Shown one piece after another: positions 56,547 through 64,000 of a stretch of 64,000 nt of DNA. The translations under genes were made by a program, and so were the position numbers. Under the pieces are notes generated by a model. It was not told the origin of the DNA. It made no database searches and saw nothing but the letters and a program-made list of their open reading frames with translations. This DNA is from Anthoceros angustus. Its lineage: Eukaryota; Plantae; Anthocerotophyta. The stretch's first letter is position 1. Each line of letters starts with the position of its first letter. The stretch lies in NCBI GenBank assembly GCA_010909165.1, contig VJWM01000118.1, positions 620,001 to 684,000 on the forward strand, written 5' to 3'.

Positions 56547-59500
56547 CGTCTCTTCCGCAACAATTGGCGTGCACCCGGGCCGGCGCCCAACCTTCGATGT
56601 GCCTTGGGAACCCGAAACCCGGTTGGTGCGGTGTACAGTCTCCGGCCTCTATCGCGGGAGGCGGCCGGGCACCTCCTCCTGGCGGATCCGACCAGGGTAC
56701 CTCCATGGAGGAGCCAGGAAAAGGAATGTCCAGAACGGAGCATCCTTCCATCCTCGCCTCCGAAAGTCGTCATCGTCGGAGTGGCCAAGGGCGTCGGGTA
56801 TACACCCATCCTCCTCATCGGATGGGCCGAGCTCACTAGGCGCTGCGCTCGGCCGTGAGCCCGTCATGCACATTCGCCGGGCTCGACTCGTCGTTGTGAC
56901 ATTTCCCTCCTATCTTTGGATGACGGATTCGGTAATCTTCCCGCATATGGTCGTGCTCTAGCTTCGAGCATCGCAAAAACAGAAAAAGGATTGAGGAAAA
57001 GGCAAGATAGAAGGCACAAGTCATGGAAACCAACATACAACGATTTGCATCAAGCCTTGAAAACCTTATTCCAAAGTTTTACTTACGCTATCGACGATAG
57101 CATTTCGAAATCCTCCACCAGTTTGAAGGATGCACTTCTTGCTTTGGAAGCCATGTAGGTGACCTCATAAGCCTTGTACATGGTTTCATCTTCGCTTATC
57201 CGATCAAATACCAAAGGCTTTGTTGTGCAGATAAAACAGCTCTCGTCCATCCATATCCACGATCGCCCATAGAACCCAGCCCTTGCTCTCGGTTTGGCAA
57301 GGCCCCTTGAACCCTCGACCACGGTTTCAATAGAGGAGTCCAAAATTGTTCTCCTCAAGGCTCCTCATCCTGTGTCAACATCCGGTCCTTCTCCGAGCAG
57401 TGGCCTCCACCTTGCTCCCCAACCGACGATGGCAGTATCCTCATAGTTAAATGGCGTTGGAATAGGCGCGCACCGATTGCCTGTGGGGTCTCTTCCTCGG
57501 TCTCCTCCTGTGACCTTCTCCTTCGTTGTCTTGGCCTTCCCGGATGTTAGCTGCCCGATTTCCCATGCCCAATTGACAAATTACCTCCGGGCTGATGCTT
57601 TGGGTTGTATCTGCGCCCCTCCAGGAGGTAGGCGTGCCTTCTCCGACATCCACACCCGAAATTCCGCGCATCCTTCTTCTTCTTCGGGGGATTTCTTGGT
57701 TTTGGGCATCGGGTCGGGATGTTCCTCAGTTCTCCACGTTCCTTCCTACTTCGTCTTCCGCTTGCCATCCTCAAGAGATTAGATACAATCGCCATAGGAA
57801 GCCGGCAATTCAAAGAAGGAATCGGCGCACAACTTGAAGGAAATTTGCGAGCAGGAAGGGGAGGGCCATACCGCAAGACTATGTGAATCGCGAAGAGGAA
57901 ATGGCGGAGGATCGCGTGGAGAAGTCGCGTCTTTGGGAGACAGGCCAAAAGTCCTTCTCGAGAGTTGATCCGAGGCGGCCGCCACCGTCTCTGGAAGAAC
58001 TTGCTCGTCTCTCGGGGTTACTCTCCACTTGAGAAAGTATGACGCCTGCTCGGTCACGTCATACACATGTGCTGGCAACCCTAACCATAAATGTCAATTA
58101 AGGAAATGATTACACGGAAAACCATTTATAGGACCCTAAGTCAAAAGCCGTACATGTGAACCCCAATGCCGAGAAAACAATGAAGAGGCGGTGTGCCTCG
58201 CAGCCGCCAAGTTCTACCGGTGAAGATCTTTCGGTTTATTTGCTCATAATGGCATTTCCACCTTACCTTCAGTCCACGGTCGCCTATGTCATGGCATACC
58301 ACGCGCTGTGAAGAGTGAGGACCATATTTCCGAGGTTAGAGGTGCGGAGTCCTCGGGCGACAATGTTGCGCCACCACACATCGGTTGTCGAAGAGGTCGA
58401 GTTTTCGTCCACAAAGTTCATTCCTCACGCTTTGTGCGATCAAGGGGAACATGTACTTGAGAACAAGTGTTGGGTTTGCATCGCCTCTCCGTCTCTCCGT
58501 CTGTTCGTCCATGTAATGACGACATTGATGTTGTCGCAGCGAGCATGTGGAAGAGGGGTCTTTTGATTTCCGGATGGTAGGTGACTCTCTTGTGAGCCGA
58601 AGGATGGTCAGATCGAATGGGGCCCCGCGGCCCTTCCGATCATGAGCAACGAAAACGAGTCCGAACTCCGGAAGGTTAGTTTGCCTTCAACAAGAAACAG
58701 CTTGTTTGCGGTGAAGACAACATCCAGTCCTTCTCGAGCGAGTGGCCTCCACCTTGCTCCCCAACCGACGATGGCAACAGATATCCTCATAGTTAAATGG
58801 CGTTGGAATAGGCGCTGCACGATTGCCTGTGGGGTCTCTTCCTCGGTCTCCTCCTCCTGCAGCCTTCTCCTTCGCTAGCCGCCTTCCCATGTTAGCTGCC
58901 CGATTTCCCATGCCCAATTGACAAATTACCTGTGGCTGGTGCTTGATGGCTGGTTGCCGCGCCTCCACCGGAGGTAGGCGCGTGCCTTCTCCGACATCCA
59001 CACGAAATTCCGCCGCATCCTTCTTCTTCTGCCGGGCCGGATTTCTTGGTTTTGGGCATCGGGTCGATGTTGCCTCGTTCTCCACGTTCCTTCCTTCCTT
59101 GCTTGCCATCCTCAAGAGATTAGATACAATCCGCCATAGGAAGCCGTAATTCAAAGAAGGAATCGGTCGCACAACTTGAAGGAAATTTGCAATGAAGGGA
59201 GGGCCATACCGCAAGACTATGTGAATCGCGAAGAGGAAATGGCGGAGGATCGCAGTGCGGAGAAGTCGCGGGGAGACGCCAAAAGTCCTTCGCTCAGAGT
59301 TGATCCGAGGCGGCCGCCACCGTCCGTCTGGCCGGAAGAACTTGCCTCTCGTGGTTACTCTCACTAATCGAAAGTATGACGCCTGCTCGGTCACGCCATA
59401 CACATGTGCCGCAACCCTAACCATAAATGTCAATTAAGGAAATGCTTACATGGAAAACCATTTATAGGACCCTAAGTCAAAAGCCGTACATGTGAACCCC

Positions 59501-60289
59501 AATGCCGAGAAAACAATGAAGAGGCGGTGCACCGCCAAGTTCTACCGGTGAAGATCTTTCGGTTTATTTGCTCATAATGGCATTTCCACCTTACCTTCAC
59601 CACGCCGCCTATGTCATGGCATACCACGCCTGTGAAGAGTGAGGACCATATTTCGAGGTTAGAGGTGCGGAGTCCTCGGCGACAATGTTGCGCCACCCAC
59701 ACATCCCTTGTCGAAGAGGTCGAGTTTGTCCACAAAGTTCATTCCTCACTGCTTGTGCGATCAAGGGGAACATGTAGAACAAGTGTTGGGTTTGCATCGC
59801 CTCTCCGTCTCTGCTCACCATGTAATGACGACATTGATGTTGTCGCAGGGAAAGCGTGTGGAAGAGGGGTCTTTTGATTTCGGTAGGTGACTCTCTTGTG
59901 AGGAGCCAAGGATGGTCAGAATGGGGCCCCGCGCCCGCCCGATCATGAGCAACAAAACGAGTCCGAACTTAAGGTTAGTTTGCCTTCAACAAGAAACATT
60001 TGTTTGCGGTGAAGACACATCCGTGGCGATTCCATCTCATGCACACCGCACGGTGGTATTGCGGTAATGCTCGTCGCCATCGACAAGCGTCCTCTCCGGC
60101 ATTCGCGTGGGGTGCCCATGACCCCGTGAACTTGAACTTATATGCGCCATTGATGGGAATCCGCATCCAGCGAAGACACCGGGAAGGAAGGGAGATGGGG
60201 TGCGATCCCGTCGTGGTTTGTTCCGCCAAGGAGCGATGTCGAGGATGACCGCAGGATCGAGTTCTTCCACAAGCAAATGATCCGTGGGG

Positions 60290-63200
60290 TGAGGATGGGG
60301 ATGATGACTTTGTTCACCCTCCTCCGGTGGTGCATCTGGAACATTCCATCCCAAGCCTTTAAGTGAGACATTGATGACAACAAAGCTTTCGGACAAGCGC
60401 GGTGACGGCGGCAGGGTGTCTTTGCAAAAATGTGAAATGGAGAAGGTGGCAGACTTTCTTAAACCGTGTTGCAACCAAATGTGCATGCAGAGGTTGACCA
60501 AGCAAGGCCTTGAGCAACGATATAGGTTCCTCACAATGTGCAAGAGCAAGAGACATTTCTTCAAAGCCTCGTACATCGGGACCCGAGTCAAACTAACAAA
60601 GAAAGAGTTTTACGCATGTTATGGGATCGGTTCCTCGCTACTGCGTGAAGGCCTTAAGAGTATATTGTATGGGGCTCAGATCGAGGATGGGGATGATGAC
60701 TTTGTTCACCCTCCTCCGGCTGGTGCATCCGGAACATTCCATCCCAAGCCTTTAAGTGAGACATTGATGACAACAAAGCTCGGCGGACAAGCGCGACGGC
60801 AGGGGTGTCTTTGCAAAAATGTGAAATGGAGAAGGTGACGGACTTTCTTAAACCGTGTTGCAACCAAATGTGCATGCAGAGGTTGACCAAGCAAGGCCTT
60901 GAGCAACGATATAGGTTCCTCACAATGTGCGGCAAGAGCAAGAGACATTTCTTCAAAGCCTCGTATCGGGACCCGAGTCAAACTAACAAAGAAAGAGTTT
61001 TACGCATGTTATGGGATCGGTTCCTACTGCGTGAAGGCCTTAAGAGTATATTGTATGGGGCACAATGATACGAGGAATCGAAAGGGAGGTCATGAGGAAT
61101 GCCCGTGGGATAGTGTTCGAACCAACCCAATTCATAAGTCCCGTCATGCACTTGGTGCTCTAGCGTGGATGGATAATAATGTTCATGGTGAAAAGACTTC
61201 AACGTGCGGTGTATAACGCACACCTATACAAAGCGGAGATATGGTCATTGTACAAACGGCGTGTCAAAGCTCGTGCGGTTGTGACGACGTGGTTTTGAAG
61301 TTATGGAAATCTAACTTCAGCCGAGTGAAGATTCCCAAATCCAACAGGTTCTCGACCTGCTCAATATGTGCAGGGTTAAAGACCACCATTCGGAATACAA
61401 CTCAGAAGGTTGATCAAGGTAGATATCACTCTACCACTAGTACAACCCATCTGCTGGTGGGAGGAGTTTTTCAGGTTCATCCCATAGTTCGCCGAATGAG
61501 CAGCTGGTATGCGGATGGTTCGAAATGTCGAGGGTGGGCCGGCGCCCACCCTCGGATGACCGTTCTGAGGCCCAAGTTGCTCGAGTACCATGTTTGAAAC
61601 TGAGTTCTTGTTCATGTATGGCCCCTGGGTTGTAGGTTGGATTGGTCGAGTTTGTAGGGGCCAGGCCCCGGGGGCGCCGGCCTGCCGGCGCCCCCTGGGC
61701 CCCATCCACCTTCAAGCTCGCCAACCATAATATATGACCTAGAAGGTGGATGTTTTGAACATTTTAGATTGGGGAAGATGGTAAATGTATGTGTGAAGAG
61801 GTGATAGTCCACGACATCGGTTTGTTGTATGCAATGGGTTTCATGGATTATCTTCGCTTGTGGTGTGGAAGAAGCGTGTTTGTATGTGTGAAATTGGAGC
61901 GTGAAAAACTTGGAAGGATGTGACACTTGGAGCGTGTTTGGTGTGGCGAGAAAATATCAGCGTTAGAGGCACACAGCGTCTGCAGGAGGAGCGGGAAAAA
62001 TGGCAAAACACCGTGAAAAGAGTTACAGGAACCGGATAAGTACATGCTCCTCGCTATAGACTAATGGACCAAGAAGACCGAGATTCCACACTTTCTGCGT
62101 TGGCCAAAGAATCTTGATGAGGACGTGTATCTGCACGTAGTGGGTTGCATGATCCACAATTATACGACGCAGCAAGAGTGTTTTTGCACTATGCCAATTT
62201 GAGGAGATCACGAATCGACAATCGGATTATTCAAGATGTTATTCTTAATTATAAAGGAGTGCTACCCAAAGTGCTCTATTTGCAGCTTGACAACACTTGC
62301 CGGGAAAACAAGAACCAGCTGTTGTTTGCGTATTTGAACATGCTAGTTGATATGGGAACTTTTCAAGGTGAAGGTTGGGTTCCTCCTTGTTGGGCACACT
62401 CACGACCAAATCGACCAAATGTTCTCTTGCTTTTCCAAAAGCTTGAAGCACAAGGAGGCACACACTCTTCCGCGTTGGCGACATCTTGGTTCATGCATAC
62501 ACGCCTACACCGGAGATCAAAGTTTTGCGGAGGTCCGGACTTCCGGTCATATGTATGGCCGATTAGACAAGGCGATGGTCGCCAGCATATTCATCGGTGG
62601 TGAGAAAATTGAACAACTTATCTTTCCAGCACGCTTTAAAATCACCAGAGAAGACAAACCGCACTGTGGGTGACGAATTAGGAGCAAGCAATATTCGACA
62701 TCGATGTATTGGGAAACCGGCCGGGTTGGAGTTTTTGAAATTTGTCCCTCCAACGACATAACAACGGTACATCGGGACCCGAGTCAAACTAACAAAGAAA
62801 GAGTTTTACGCATGTTATGGGATCGGTTCCTCCGCTACTGCTATGCGTGAAGAGTATATATTGTATGGGGCACAATGACGAGGAAAAAGGGAGGGTCATG
62901 AGGAATGCCCTGGGATAGTGTTCGAACCAACCCAATTCATAAGTCCCGTCATGCACTTGGTGCTCTAGCGTGGATGGATAATGCTTTTCGCTTCATGGTG
63001 AAAAGACTTCAACGCAGTGTATAACACGACACCTATACAAATGGAGATATGGTCATTGTACAAACGGCAAAGTGTCAAAGCTCGTCTGCAGCGACGACGC
63101 GTGGTTTTGAAGTTATGGAAATCTAACTTCAGAGTGAAGATTCCCAAATCCAACAGTTCTCGACCGCTCAATATGTGGTTAAAGACCACCATTCGAATAC

Positions 63201-64000
63201 AACTGGTTGATCAAGGTAGATATCACTCTACCACTAGTACAACCCATCCGGTGGGAGGAGTTTTTCGTGTTCATCCCATAGTTCGCCGAATGAGTGTATG
63301 GTATGCGGATGGTTCGAAAACACGGAGGCGCCGGCGCCCACCCTCGGATGACCGACTGCTGCATGAAGTTGCTCGAGTACCATGTTTGAAACTCGTTCCT
63401 TGTTCATGTATGGCCCCGGGTTGTAGGTTTGATTGGTCGAGTTGCCGGCGCCGGCCGCCGGCGCCTGGCCCCATCCACCTTCAAACTCGCCAACCATAAT
63501 ATATGACCTAGAAGGTGGACGTTTTGAACATTTTAGATTGGGGAAGATGGTAAATGTATGTGTGAAGAGGTGATAGTCCACGACATTTTGTTGTATGCAA
63601 TGGGTTTCATGGATCTTGTGGTGTGGAAGAAGCGTGTTTGTATGTGAAATTGGGGAACGTGAAAAACTTGGAAGGATGTGACACTTGGAACGTGTTTGTG
63701 CGTAAAAATATCAGCCGTTAGAGGCACACCGCGTGGGAGGAGCGGGAAAAATGGCAAAACACCGTGAAAAGAGTTACAGGAACCGGATAAGTACATGCTC
63801 CTCGCTATAGACGGAATGGACCAAGAAGACCGAGATTCCACACTTTCTGCGTTGGCCAAAGAATCTTGATGAGGATGCCGTGTATCTGCGTAGAGGTTGC
63901 ATGATCCACAATTATACGACGCAAAGAGTGTTTTTGCACTATGCCAATTTGAGGAACGATGCGAATCGACAATCGTGATTATTCAAGATGTTATTCTTAA
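60290..64000 (+). mobile_element. Sola-like DDD transposase, frameshifted and partly duplicated, likely with an intron at ~61420-61960
   Basis: PCCNQMC, EFYACYGI, VKIPKSNRFSTCSIC, LAIDGMDQ (~63800), LYLQLDNTCRENKN, FLLVGHTHDQIDQMF. Confidence 0.7.

Larger units (their letters stand above)
50234..64000. repeat. Series of adjacent near-identical duplications (periods ~1.14, 1.97, 1.34, 0.39 and 1.8 kb), probably assembly artefacts
   Basis: Paired starts at 50234/51375, ~52457/54429, 57395/58737, ~60291/60683 and ~60966/62772. Copies differ mostly by scattered 1-3 nt indels. Confidence 0.8.

Overview
Eukaryotic nuclear DNA from a land plant. The intronless PLS-PPR gene ends in a DYW:KP-type domain (KPAxA box, HAEK, C-terminal GRP), which points to a lineage with U-to-C organellar editing, most likely a hornwort (inference). 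Layout: (1) 1-3.9 kb, 3' part of a chromovirus-type Ty3/Gypsy element; (2) 4-15 kb, a PPR remnant, an inverted repeat enclosing a tRNA-headed repeat element, a secreted orphan, three tandem Gnk2/DUF26-like genes and a GC-rich orphan ORF; (3) 16.5-32.4 kb, about two tandem copies of a ~7.4 kb unit carrying tRNA-Val(CAC)-derived sequences, PPR relics and an F-box gene, with an rDNA/OTU insertion in copy 2; (4) 33.0-35.7 kb, a PPR-DYW:KP(GRP) gene with an N-terminal OSB-type PDF ssDNA-binding motif; (5) 38.7-39.6 kb, a highly divergent TBP-like gene; (6) 42.5-47.1 kb, a full-length Copia element with LTRs, PBS, PPT and TSD; (7) 47-64 kb, a minus-strand Gypsy pol, a ParB-like ORF and a Sola-like DDD transposase, all in serial near-identical duplications that look like long-read assembly artefacts. 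The best candidates for new biology are the PDF-PPR-DYW:KP fusion and the divergent TBP paralog. All protein calls come from motif recognition by eye; no searches were run.
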